A DNA stretch of 64,000 bases. Origin: Pecten maximus. Its lineage: Eukaryota. The translations under genes were made by a program, and so were the position numbers. Shown piece by piece: positions 28,382 to 42,039 of the stretch. The notes beneath the pieces were generated by a model. That model searched no databases, was not told where the DNA came from, and saw only the letters and a program-made list of their open reading frames with translations. Location: positions 9,424,001-9,488,000 of the forward strand of contig NC_047028.1 in NCBI RefSeq assembly GCF_902652985.1. Reading direction: 5' to 3'. The number at the start of each line of letters is the position of its first letter. Position 1 is the stretch's first letter.

Positions 28382-28605
28382 ATCGCGGTTATCGAGTGGT
28401 TAAGGTGTCCCGACACTTCATCACTAGCCCTCCACCTCTGGGTTGCGAGTTCGAAACCTACGTGGGGCAAGGTACGGACCGTAGGCCGGTGGTTTTTCGC
28501 CGGGTACTCCGGCTTTCCTCCACCTCAAAAACCTGGCACGTCCTTAAATGACCCTGACTGTTAATATGACGTTAAACTAACTAACTAATTAAATAAATAA
28601 ACCAA
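28382..28605 (+). mobile_element. tRNA-derived SINE, family A, copy 4 (degraded A box, small internal deletion)
   Basis: Body matches copies 1-3; (TAAC/TAAA)n tail. Confidence 0.88.
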
Positions 28606-31600
28606 AATGTAAAGTAATCACCAAGTATTGTTATTAAAAGGTCTAAATGTAATCCATCATGTGTATTTTATTCGTCAAAGTATACCTCATTAATGGAATC
28701 GAATTTTTACAAGAATTTTAAAGAACATAACAATGAACTATATTGCTAGGGAAGGCCTCGTGTTATCACCCTAAGAGTCACCCTCAAGTTGAGACAGATA
28801 AGTTGAAATACATACATTCTAGTAATTACCCACGGGTAGAAAATGAAAGTTGCCACGCGCTATGACGTCATAATAGTGGATTTCTATGTGAAGCATTGTG
28901 TTGTTTCCGTCCGTGACGTCATGCAATTGTTGTGAAGAGAATTCCCCGTCTCAGCCCCAAGAGTTTTGTTTTTTGGCGGAAAAAAGAGATTGATACTAAT
29001 TACGACTAGAATTAGTTTGGTCGTATGTGAGAAAATTACAAAAATAAGTCTGTTCAGCGCAGCCCTGGTGTAAGAGTTTGCCCACCACGAGGATTGCTGA
29101 GCCAAATTCGTACACTTGTGTTGTGATATTCCTGCCTAAGATCAGACCATTTCAAATCATATTAAGTATGGCAATAAACCAACTTAATCAACACGGTTTT
29201 ACCTAATATTGTAAATCATGTCTAAATTGAGTCCTAATTGTATATTATGATATCGGGCGGAATGCTAATATTTACACAAACCTGTATGTATGTCTAGGGG
29301 CGAGATGGTCGGGACGAGATGGTGGAGACAACGGGGTACATAATGACCATCTTTCGTGACAAGATTCGGCAACTTCTCATAACTAGGTCAACCAACCTCC
29401 CAAGTTCCGAAAATGAGTACAGGATCAATTGATACCCTGCGGTACAATATCCAGCCTCTGACATTTGACACCATTATGAGAAGCCAGTGAGAGGTTAACT
29501 CGTCTCCTTTAATTCATCTGCGTATAAAACGTTACGAGCTTGAAAAAATAAATAAACATTTCTGTATGGTTAGTTTGTCTATAGCCGTTTTTATGTTAAA
29601 CACTGTTTATTTAATCTGACTAAAAGTACTCCGTATCGTGGTCATTACATACACTAAATACCAGTATATGATGGTTAATAGTCTCTAATTATCTCGTTAA
29701 ACTTTGAGGATCGAGATATTAGATCACTCGGTTCACACTTAATTGACAGCTATAAGTTGACAAGTACCCATTGTGTGTTTAACAATTCATGTTAAAACTC
29801 CAAAGTTAAATACAGCGTGTCCATCACCGTGTCGGAATTTCATGGTGACTGAAGGGAACATGTAGCTATCTATGTGGTTCATCCGTGAGGTCAACCGGAG
29901 AAAATTAATAGGTTTCTGTTCTTCAGGAAATTATTTATTATAGTAATTGGAAGTTAATCTTTTAAAAAACATCTGGTGTAAACTCGGTCAATATCAGAGA
30001 GTTGAATTGAAGAACTAGTATAACCTACCTGTTAAAACTTGTGTCTCAAAATAGTAAAAGGTGTATAGTTTTCTTTATTTTATATCAGATACAGAGAAAT
30101 AGAAATGCCTTTAGACCGGACATCTGGTGATGACCAAATAGCTAGAAAATTGGAAATTTCCATCGACTTGAAGGGTCACGGGTAAGCCGACTACCTACTG
30201 GGTGAACAGTGCTTATATAGTTGTATGTAAACCTATTTAGCCGAAACCTAAAAGCATGCTGCTGAAAATGTTCTTTTCAATTAGGTCATCTCTGTTGATG
30301 TATCGGACGATCACGCGCGCGTCTACAAGTACATACCCGATATCGACATGTGTATACGCCCATGAATCAGTTCTGAATTAAACACGGCTTAAATCACACA
30401 AAAAATACTTCTTCAAAATCGACTTTTAGGAATGTTATCATTTTTCACCGTATTGTCCCCCTGTTCTCCGCAGGTGTTACAATGCTCAGGTATGTTAACA
30501 GGTAAGTATTAACTGCCACAGGTGCGAAAAAATAATTAGTCACGAAGGAAAATTGAGCTCACCTGTATGGTAGCTTAGTTACCAAAAATAAAAAATAAAA
30601 AAGATTCAGGTAGGCGATGCATGTTTCGAATACTTTAACAGGATTTAATAGTTTAATACAGGCACCAGATTGGTACAGAATCTATTGTGTTTATTGTCTA
30701 GTACACCTGGCTATTTATATTGCCGTATGAAGTCACAAATATACGTAGATATGGCACATGATATTTAGCGGGATGATGACCCCTGTGTTTTGAAATATGA
30801 TCTCTAAATTGAAATACTAAAATATGTGACTATCTCTATGTACATCACAAAAAGAATGTTTCCTTCAAACGATCTTTCGTCGGGGGGTTATCGAATAATT
30901 TGACTTAGTATAGCTAAATCAATCACCATCGAACGCTAAATCCATTTCATACGTCAAATAATTTCGGCCGTTATACATGTAGAAATATTGAGCTTAAAAG
31001 GAGATATTATGCAATTTGTAAGTCGACTATCGAAGTAGATGACGCATGTACAACGAAGAAGTCAATACATAAAAAATATTATTAGAAAAAACCTTCAATG
31101 TTTTATTTTTGTGTGTGTATCAACAACAAGGAATTATGCCGTCTCGGCAAATCTAAAGTGTAAAGATTTCTTCAGCTGAATTATAATGTTAGATTATCTC
31201 CCCCTAGTTTGGAGCTAAGAATCAGATATATCATTGAGAATTATTTTTATTTCTAACTTTGATATTCTAAAGACAGCGGCCCAGACACCCTTTACGTCAC
31301 AGATTAAATACCAGGAGTCTCAGCCATAGTATCCGTGTATAAATAACCGATTATGGGTCAAGGTCAGAATATTTGAGTAAAGTCGATAGTTCTTCATCTC
31401 TTTAAGCCATTAGCCAAATATGGAGCCTTGTGTTTGCGTTTCTTTAAACTAAATATATACATTTTAACCAGACTAATATTTCTAAGTGTCCGTTAGGCTT
31501 CACGTATGATCTCATCGACTTTAAACGTCGACCAAATTAATCTATTGGATCTAATTCATCCCATTAGAACATTTGACCCATCTTATGAATGAAGATCAGT

Positions 31601-31934
31601 CATTTTTAGCCGAAGCAAACTACTGTACAGTACTCCGCAAATAGTATGATTCAGTGTCTGTTAGATTTAAAGCATTTTTCGACACAATGAAACCCAATGA
31701 TATTGAAATAATTATTATTTTAGTACTTAGTGATAGGCCCACTCATATCAATTTGTCCTAAAGTAAGCCTCCTTGACCCAGGGATTTGGAATTACCCACT
31801 GGGCGTTTTACAGAACAGATATGGTATTGACTACAAGGTCAAGTACGTGATAGGAAAGAAATGGACAACAAATACCGTATCAACATACACTTCTATAATA
31901 ACGATTCACTGTCAAAAACGGCTGTTAACTGTGG

Positions 31935-32137
31935 CTTTCTCCCTGTGAATAACCATTCTGAGGTGGGGTCTCCTTGTTGTCTTGGCCAAGGCCACAACCA
32001 CGGACAGCACAGACCTGCTCGGTTCTTAACCCGCACTAGGAATCACAAACAGACACCGGTCGTCGAGTCACACATCTCGGACCTTCACGTGAGGTTAGGT
32101 GACCAGCGTTCTAACCGACAGCTCGATTGCTATCCCA
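31935..32137 (-). mobile_element. SINE family B, copy 2 (internally deleted)
   Basis: GAGGTGGGGTCTCCTTGT, GTCTTGGCCAAGGCCACAACCACGGACAGCACAGACC and a degenerate reverse tRNA-like head (..CAGCGTTCTAACCGAC..). Confidence 0.6.
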
Positions 32138-35100
32138 TTTAAAACGACTGACTTTTTCTAAAAGAGACAAAAAAAACTAAACAGAAGCTGCATTTTGAAC
32201 AAGTTTTAATTGATGTTTGCATTCGAATTAAGCCGAGAATCAGAAACCGTCAGATGACGGTCACTGCTGGTTATTATTAAGATCAGATTAATCACACACT
32301 CATTAATACAAGTAAGACGTAAGATTACATCATACCTATTCTGTACACCTCCTCTGTATGTCATTCAATTCGTTAGCATAAGAAATACATTTTAATTAAT
32401 TTGACAGATGGTTTATAAAGGGCATAGACTTAAATTCATCAGTTTATGAACTGCCTTTCAATCATTACTCTGTGAACTTCACTCCAATCTTTATCTGTAC
32501 ACATAGACTGAATTCATTGGTCTATGAACTGTACCCAAATTCCTATCACACCTTACATTAATGGTGTACAGTGTAAACCCAGTTCAATTCATGACTACAT
32601 CCCTCTTTATATACAACTTGCAATTGAATTTATGAAAAGAAAGATTGAATGAACTGCACAAGAATGCAACGAAACAGATTACCAGCTCAAACAGTAGAAC
32701 AGTAGGGTTCGAACAGTAACATAAAGAGTTAGAATCAGACAAGGAAAAGAAACACTAAAGATGTTTAAACTGGGATAAAATATAGCCAGACAAAAAAATG
32801 TTTATAACTACCTCCAGGAGTATAAAGATAACTACAAAGGAACACGGATTTGTACTGGTTTAAAGTAATACGGGTTAGGAAATGTGATAATAACGGCAGA
32901 GTTACATACTCGTTATATTACAGTGTTAGTATGAGCAGTACAGATGACATCCCCTGATAGGACAAACAACGTTTATCAACATAGGCATGCATGCATTAAC
33001 TAGGACAATTAATATCATTGTTTACTAGATATAACACAAACGTATGGCAAGCGAACAAACACAACACAAATCCAAATTATGAAAAAAAAATGATATGCAT
33101 TAAATTAAAACAATGCCATTCTTCGTCAAACAATTTAAGGGTTACTCAATGTAGTCAATGTGCACTGTATTAGGTAGAGGACTGTAGCAGTCGAGGGGAG
33201 ACAACTCTAACTAAAACGATGACAATAGTAGAAGTAATCACGATATGTTGTTCCTATTGGTATTTATTTTAATGTGTTAAATCAGTAAAAGTTAAATAGA
33301 TGATGACTAATACATCCGAAGTTATAAGGTCTGTACAAGACTATTGACTGCATAGATAATATTTCATAATAGCATTCAGTGTCAATTTAAATAAAAAAAG
33401 AATACCCGCAATTTAGTTTTTGAATTATCAGAACTATATAATTCAGTTCGGAACTTGGTTTTATCGCGATCATCAATTTCTAAATACATGCAAGAACATA
33501 TGATAACTCTATAATAAAGATCAGAATTGTTTAATAAAGACAAGAAATGTCTAATTAATAACTTTAATTAAGATAATAACTTTCTAATTAACATCAGAAC
33601 TTTATAATTCAGATGAAAACATTATCATCGATATCTGAATTTTCTACGATCAGAGCTCCTAACAATGTTGCTTTCCAAAAGATACTGGTAATCTGCGAAA
33701 GTTGAGTAAAAATAATTCATTGCTACAGACAGAATGCACCAATTGAGTCCGACTTCCTTAAATCAATAACAGACTCAGGCTGATAATAGTGGTGAACCAA
33801 GTCCTGTATCTGTAAAACAGACAGCCAATTACGACAGAACCACAAACAAATCTGACATAAACAAGTTAGATTCTCACAGAACACAGAGAAACAAGGGACA
33901 GAACTCGCACCACACCTGTCAGCAAAGGTTCAAACTTGCATAGCAGCGTGGTTGTTTATTTTGTTAGACTGCACTACCTTTATATACAGCTAAAGAATAC
34001 ATAATGGCAGAAGGCTTCATAAACATTTGTGTCAAAGTACTTCACAAAACAAAGCACTATTCTATAAAATAAAACATTAAATAATGTATCACAGTTATGC
34101 TACTAATTCAGTTTTTCCATCACCAAGAAGCATAGCGAGAAATAGATTTCTGTACTTGTGAGAAACAGATTGTTGTACATTGCTGTACTTGTGAGAAATA
34201 GAATATTATCTGGCAAAAAGTCTTATAAGTAGTGTCAGTTTTTATTACCATTTGCTTAGTATTGAAATCAAAGTAAAGTCTATAAAGCTAATTCTGAGAG
34301 CAAAAGGAACATCTATACAGCTTATTTATAGAGCATACGGAAAAAGTCTTAGAAGTTAACAGTATTTTTTCCCATTTTTCCCTTTTAATGAAATACTGAT
34401 AAGAACTTGACCAATCTAATTTACAAATAATTAATTTATTAGACAAGTGTTCAGTAAAATCTACTGTACAAAGTTATATTTTGAAGCTGTATGTTAAAAC
34501 ATGATTTCTTACACTTGTGAAGTAATGAAGGAAAATTTAAATAAAAAAAACTATGATGAAATCAAAAATTAAAAAAATCTACGTAAAAATAAGATTTAGT
34601 TTAAATAGAAAAGACTATGATATATAGATATATGATATGTACAATATGTCCACAACAAACAGTGAGAAAACAAAAACAAAAAAATAGAAATATTTCCACA
34701 AAAAACGAAGAAAAAAACAAAAAATAGAAATAAAACTTGCTATTGTAACTATAGAAACTTTTTGCGTTAGGAAGAAAATATTTCAATCTGCTGACTTGTA
34801 ATAATTAAAACATTCATGCATATTGACATACAATTTATTATGTGTTGTATTATCAGCACGAAAGTTAAAAATTACCAGTCTGAATCAGATTTTGAACACG
34901 TTCATCAACAAAAAATTCCCATTTTCACAGTAGTGAGTATATATACATATATCCTTGATCAAAAGCAAGCGAGATCGAGAGGCAATTATCAAACGGTGCA
35001 TAAAGAGGTGGAGGTTTAATATAATAGTATATACATATATATAACTAACTAACTATACTGAAGACATATAGCTAAAAGTTACGACTAGTCTAAAAGGGGA

Positions 35101-36984
35101 CAAGAGTTATTCCCCTTGTAAAATTGAGAAAAACAAAAAATACAAACATGAATTGAATTTCTTTACATTTGAAAGTGTATTTAAAAAAAAGTACGGAAAT
35201 ATTCTGTGAACAATCATCCACATGCCACTGAAAATGCCCAGCTTTCTTTTATCATCAATTTTTATAAGGTTTTGAAAGGGAATTATGATTCTACATAAAT
35301 ACCACTAGTACTACAAGCTATAAGGAAGTACAATGATGATCATAATACAAATGCTGATGTGAATAAAAGGCACACTCATCATTAGATCTACATCTCAACA
35401 TGCATCAGTATGTTGGTTATTTCTCGCCAGTATTTCGGGCAAATCACAAAGATAAACCCACATGAATTCACCGACAGCCTCAAGGTGGCAGCACAGTCAG
35501 ATCAGATGTCCAATCAGATTTAAAATGATTTTATGTAAAAAACTGTGTGGGAGGTATTATCTAGTATACATGTATAGAGACAATAAGACCTGCCACTTTA
35601 AAGACAAATTTAACACAATGTATAATTCCATAGAAAAGTGTTTTATAAAATCAGCAGAATTTTAGTTTTCTATACATTATGAATTAAAAAATATTATTAA
35701 AAAGTTCAGGAAAAAGATATGAAACGATAAAATATTCTTAAACATATATTTTCTATTAAATTTAATTATTTAATTTAAAAAAATTTAATTCTATATTTTC
35801 TATTCGAATGAAGTACGGCACCTGGGAAAACAAATCATAAAACTATCAAAACAATTTTTAAGATAAATCCAAATCGTTTTTATAAACAATCATAACTGCT
35901 ATAAGTAAAACAGACAACATCTCTATTCCTTGTTCTAAATATAGCATACTTATCGTCATTCTAAAACTAATTTGTAACCCTAATTATTGCACATTTTACG
36001 AAGATAACTAGTATGTCATAATCAATAATAAAAAAATAAATTTCTCTCTTTTCTATTGCACATGCAAGATTATAGGCAAAGTCTTTGTAAAAATAGTAAA
36101 GATCCAAACGTCAGAAAATACATATAATGAAAGTTAAAAATACAGAAAATGATATTTATCTGAAGTTTCCTATGACACAAGATTTCTCCCCATATATCTG
36201 TGTTGGAGATCTACTTTAAGTTTATTGTAAAGTAAGATAGCAAAAAACATGTTTTAAAAATAAAATTTAGTTTGAAGATGTTGAAATCAGACAGTGAAAA
36301 GTCTTGAGAAATGTTCGATGAGACACCTCATATTTGATGGCTTGTGATAGTTTGGAGTTGCACTCCCTAACACAAAGGTTCACTCCAGGTAGAGTGAAAT
36401 TATCAAAGTAATCCTCATTTCTTTGTGCAGAATCCCATGATTAATTATGACATGATGTGCTTTTATAATTAAAGATGTCTTTATTATCATTACAAGAAAT
36501 CTTTGATAGTAAGTACATGTGTCGTTTCTAACACTTGCATAAAGAGAATTGAGAGAACACCACACGTAAATCACGGACCACTGCCTATGTAGGAAAATAA
36601 TCATTATTAAGGCTGAAACCTTGTATTATCAACATAGAATCACAAACCTTATACATAACGGTATATAAAGATATCGTGTATGGCACAAATTTTAATGAGA
36701 CATCGGGTTTTAAAGAATTCTCCCATTTTTTTACAGTAAAAGAGAAAAAAATATACAAATGAAATAATCAATGATTAATTAATGATTTAAACAACATAAT
36801 CTAAATGATACCACCATGCAAAATATTCAGATGTTGAAGACATGGAAAAAAAAAAAAAAAAAAAAGTGTATACCCTATCTTATCAATTTGGATTTCAAGA
36901 GTGAAAAATTCAAATATAAAAATATCTTTTATCACTTATTCATAAACTGAATTCTGAATAAATATATTCTTATAACACTGGAGA

Positions 36985-37460
36985 ATCCGTCAATAGAGTT
37001 GTACTACAAATCTGTCGTTTAAAGTAAAATCTGTCAATATAGTTGTACTACAGATCTGTCGTTTAAAGTAAAATCTGTCAATAGACTTGTACTACAGATC
37101 TGTAGTTTAAACTAAAATCTGTCAATAGACTTGTACTACAGATCTGTCGTTTAAACTAAAATCTGTCAATAGAGTTGTACTACAGATCTGTCGTTTAATC
37201 TAAAATCTGTCAATAGAGTTGTAACACAGATCTGTCGTTTAAACTAAAATCTGTCAATAGAGTTGTAACACAGATCTGTCGTTTAAACTAAAATCTGTCA
37301 ATAGAGTTGTACTACAGATCTGTCGTTTAATCTAAAATCTGTCAATAGAGTTGTACTACAGATCTGTAGTTTAAACTACAATCTGTCAATAGAGTTGTAA
37401 CACAGATTTGTAAACTAAACTCTGTCAATAAAGCCGTACTACAGATCTGTACAGTTTAAA
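36985..37460. repeat. 44-bp minisatellite (AAAATCTGTCAATAGAGTTGTACTACAGATCTGTCGTTTAAACT), ~11 copies
   Basis: Direct; period of 44. Confidence 0.95.
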
Positions 37461-37878
37461 CTGTATACACAGGTACATTACAGTGTTAGTGATGTGGCAT
37501 CAGTCAGAGCAATATCACTCATTACACATCTCATTTCATTAACTACTCACTAACTTCACATCAATACAACATCAATACAATGATTACATTGTAACACAAA
37601 TGTAACAGATGTATTGATTACATTGTAACTACTAAATACATCCATCTTATATATCTGATTAATTGTAAGTAATAATTACATCGTAACAAATACAATAATT
37701 ACAATGTAACTACTGTAACTAACATATTAAATTACATTGTAACTAATGCAGTAACACATATTACATTAAAATATTTACATTATTGTATTACATTGTTAAT
37801 AATACACTAATAACAATGTAACTAATGTATTAATTACATTATAACTAATATATAATCACATTGTTACTAAAATATTAA

Positions 37879-38055
37879 AGGGGGATACCTTCGTTTGCAC
37901 ATCAGAAAGATTCACAATTTCTATTGGTTTATCTTGAGAGTAAAACTGCCTTATTAATGTAAAGATTATAACTTTTAATATTTGGAAAAAATACGTATTT
38001 GCCAGTAAGTTTAGTTTGTTCGACCAAAACTTTATTCAAATGAAGGAATGCCCCT
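37879..38055. mobile_element. 177-bp Kolobok-like MITE with TTAA target duplication
   Basis: TTAA|AGGGGGATACCTTCGTTTG ... CAAATGAAGGAATGCCCCT|TTAA (imperfect ~19-bp TIRs); it interrupts a degenerate ATTACATTGTAACTAAT repeat tract (~37570-38200). Confidence 0.7.
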
Positions 38056-39278
38056 TTAATTACAATTTAACTAATATCTTTAATCTATGGCAACAAATTA
38101 ACTTTACTTTAATTGCAATGTAACTAATATTTTCAATTAATGGCAACTAATTAACTTTACTTTATTACAATGTAACTAATATTTTTTTAATTAATGACAA
38201 CAAATTAAGTTTTTGAAGTCCACAATGACAGTAATTACTACAATACCTCTACACTACTTACACTGTACATACAGTACAACTTAGCACCCATTGTTACACT
38301 GTAACACAGTTGACCTCTCCCTTATCACAAGTCCTTAATACATCCTCCATCTACTGTATCCACGAGGTGATCAACCTAAAAACCATTACATTTACAGTGA
38401 GCAGTTCTATCCATTTAATACGTAACAGTGAGCAGTTCTATCCGTTAAATACGTAACAGATCCCTAATTGATGGTCGACCTTTACATACATACAGGTCCA
38501 TACAGAGACCACTTTCGTACCAGCTGTGTTTAGAAATCACATTTAAAATCACATATCATAAATTTATTCTTCTCAACCCATTTTAAGTGGCCATCTGTTT
38601 TATATAAGTAACCATATCTAAAATTCTTTATAGTAGATATATAATTGTCAACTGTTTACTTTATCATCATTGCCACAGTACCAGATCCATTAGACATACA
38701 GCTGTCTGGACATTAAACAACTGTAATGCTACACACAGACATCTGTGCCATTATTGCATAATTTTTACACTCCTCATTACTATACTTTTAAATTGGACAT
38801 GAAATCACATAAATAATTTAAAGCCATATTTGTATCCTTAGGACAAAACATCACCTCTGCAATACACCAGGGGATTTTAACGCTGAACACTCACATTAAC
38901 TAAAGAAATGTTTAAACAATAGCACTAATTACATTAGTATTTATCATTTTTCTGAAATTGAAATTTCATTACACAATTCAAACTTTAAAGATTTTCTCAA
39001 GGACACTGAAACTGACTAGGTGTGCTCATAGTTTAATAAATTGGCCGAATGACAATTTGGACACTGCACTTAAACTATAGGTGATGAAACAAAACCAAAT
39101 CTTCAATGTAAAGTACTCCCCAGAAATCTAGTACTTTATACAAATACTGAAATTTGCTTCTTTTTCAATTCAACTGAACCATTCTGAAATGGACATTCAA
39201 TGAAGTGACATTACATCCCTGAAGAAAACATGTGAGATTGTTGGAGCATACAGTGGTCAGACATTTGGACCACGTGGG

Positions 39279-39418
39279 TCAAACAGTTGTGTGTTTTTTG
39301 AAGTCCAGGGAGGCCGAGTTTACACAGTAACGGACACACATTGGTTTTGGTCCGTCGTCGAACACATGCCCCAGGTGAGCACCACACTTGCTACACATAG
39401 CCTCGATCCGCCGCTGAC
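39279..39418 (-). CDS. MSRB3: Methionine-R-sulfoxide reductase B3-like, alternative last exon B (distal)
   Basis: Acceptor tttttatcttgacacag|GT is phase 1, matching the donor at 42040. Encodes (G)[45 protein letters not shown], with the second Zn CxxC, HLGHVF and catalytic RYCxNS. Confidence 0.9.
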
Positions 39419-40478
39419 CTGTGTCAAGATAAAAATATCTATCATGTACTGTACAACAAAGCTTGATCAATTCTCTTGGGTGTCCCTCACAGGAACCTCC
39501 CATACAAAAGGTACCAGTAATTTTGTCAGCCGGTTTATTTGTCCAATACTAATGCCAAGATCTCATATTCTCACACATGGTGAGGCCATTAGGGCCACTT
39601 TACAGTGCGATCATACTGAAACAACATAACTTGGCTGTGTAGTACAACATTTCCCTCAGTCACCACGTTATAATGACAATGATCAAACCATCATGGAAGG
39701 CAGTCCTAGGTACCATTTCATAAAACTTTCAAACTTTCCAATTTTCATTAATATTTATGAAAATGTTGGCAAAACTTTTTAACTTCTTAATTATATGTAA
39801 AAGTCCATTTCACAAAGGTGTCTGTAACATTTTTCATAATTTATGAAAGGAAGAAAATTGAAGTCCCCAGTTGCAGACATGTTCTCCAAGTAAAAATATA
39901 CTGCTCTCTAAAGTGGAGGTATAAGCAGACAACACTGTTTGGATAAATATTTGTTCGCTGTGCCCGGTCTGGAATCATACCCTAAACAATTCTCTCATTG
40001 AAAGAAAATCAAATTTTCTATAAAAACTAAATACTATTTTTTTTTAATGAAAATTTAACAATTCCTAGAATGTTAGAAATTGAATGTTAGAAATCGTGAT
40101 TTGCATTTACATTTGTACATTGTAATCAGTCCTGAGTCGTGATTTTTCCCTTCCTCCTATTGTCTATGATGAGTTAATTATGCGTTTTTATAGGTCCTCA
40201 CTTGAAGTAAACCATATTTTTTTGTAAAAATAGAACATTTAAGAAAAGTGTTTCTGTAAAAATAGAACATTTAAAGAAAAGTGTTCACATCATTTTACAA
40301 GTGGAACATCTGACACTTCTGGTGCTCCATTTCAAATTGGAGTTATCTCCCTTCATATATGTTGTAGTGCCAACACTGGAAGGGGTATCCGTAATAAGTG
40401 ATGAAATATATAGCTAGGTGGTTAAATACAATATCTCTTGGCTATGAATAACAAAAACTTTATACCATTACATTCATC

Positions 40479-40484
40479 TTTATT
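40479..40484 (-). terminator. Candidate proximal polyadenylation signal for last exon A
   Basis: AATAAA on the minus strand ~93 nt after the exon A stop, followed ~20 nt later by the U/GU-rich stretch GTTTTTGTTATT. Confidence 0.5.
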
Positions 40485-40576
40485 TAAATTTCATAAGGAC
40501 AACAGTACTCCATTATCAATTTTACTTGTTCAGTGACTTATTTTAAATAAGATTAATTTGAGTCTTCACTGTGATA

Positions 40577-40746
40577 TCAGAGCTCTGGTTTATAAGCGTC
40601 AGCCTTCCGAGACTTGCTGGAGGGCGAAAAGTCGAGGGAGGCAGAGTTTATACAGTAACGGAGGCCAGTTTCTGTTGGACCATCATTGAACACATGACCT
40701 AGATGGGCCCCACACCTAGCACACATGACCTCGACTCTCTCCATAC
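40577..40746 (-). CDS. MSRB3: Methionine-R-sulfoxide reductase B3-like, alternative last exon A (proximal)
   Basis: Not in the ORF track. Acceptor tgtctttgctatag|GT, phase 1. Encodes (G)[55 protein letters not shown]; the KDEL-like end parallels KAEL of vertebrate MsrB3. Confidence 0.93.
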
Positions 40747-40984
40747 CTATAGCAAAGACAGGGACACAGTTCTATAGAGTTTTATCAACTGATTCAGTGG
40801 TACTTAACAGGAATTTTCAACACTTTTATTTTAGTTTAATATTGTTTTCTTCTTGTAACAAATACATTAAAACAGGAGAATCAAGCAAATTACTGCCTTC
40901 CACCAAATCTGAAAATATGTAAAAAAAAAAAAAAATGCACGGATAATGAATTTGTGCAGAAACTTATTCTAGGCAGAATGTCTC

Positions 40985-41555
40985 AGTCTTTAGTTGACTA
41001 GTTAGTTACTGGTTTACCACCTACATGACTCCTCCTGTTGCTAGGTTTAATCTAACGGACTATTAGTCAGTGTTTTGTTGACTATAGTTAGTTACTGGTT
41101 TACCACCTACATGACTCCTCCTGTTGCTAGGTTTAATCTAACGGACTATTAGTCAGTGTTTTGTTGACTATAGTTAGTTACTGGTTTACCACCTACATGA
41201 CTCCTCCTGTTGCTAGGTTTAATCTAACGGACTATTAGTCAGTGTTTTGTTGACTATAGTTAGTTACTGGTTTACCACCTACATGACTCCTCCTGTTGCT
41301 AGGTTTAATCTAACGGACTATTAGTCAGTGTTTTGTTGACTATAGTTAGTTACTGGTTTACCACCTACATGACTCCTCCTGTTACTATAGGTTTAATCTA
41401 ACGGACTATTAGTCAGTGTTTTGTTGACTATAGTTAGTTACTGGTTTACCACCTACATGACTCCTCCTGTTACTATAGGTTTAATCTAACTGACTATTAG
41501 TCAGTCTTTAGTTGACTAGTTAGTTACTGGTTTACCACCTACATGACTCTACCTT
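40985..41555. repeat. 86-bp tandem repeat, ~6.5 copies, intronic
   Basis: ACTGGTTTACCACCTACATGACTCCTCCTGTT recurs every 86-89 bp. Confidence 0.95.
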
Positions 41556-42039
41556 TAGCTTAAGATATACAGTTGTAGAGTGGAAGGACAGAAGGCTACA
41601 GGACAGTCTCAACACATACCTATATATAGCCCCCACTCCCCCATCCCCATCCCCTGAACACCCCCTGTATCATTTTGTGAAATTTTCACTTGGTGGAAAT
41701 TAGGAGTTTTATTTGCAGTAAAAATGTCAGATAAGGAAGAAGAACGAGACTCGTAGATTGATGGATTTCACATGTCACCACATAAAAAATACCAGATTTT
41801 GGAGTTTTAATGTCTTCAACAGGAAAAATGGACACCATACACCGTGAGAATAGGGCCTGTATTCTGCCCCAGCCTCATTTCAGAATAGGGAGCCTATAGC
41901 TAGGATACAATAAATGAGAATCGGAAAAGCTAATCATCATTACAAAGTATCAACTTAAGTATTCACATCCATACCCTTCCTACATATTTTCTAATGTATC
42001 TTTGCTGGGTCCCACGTAATACAGACTATAGGTATATAC

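Noticed and set aside
39419-39503. N-terminal part of ORF 39279-39503 as a stand-alone MsrB
   Set aside because: Homology begins at the AG acceptor (39419); the upstream part is intron read-through.
38500-40576. SECIS element / selenoprotein MsrB1 assignment
   Set aside because: Both catalytic codons are TGT (Cys), and I found no convincing AUGA..AA..GA stem-loop by eye.
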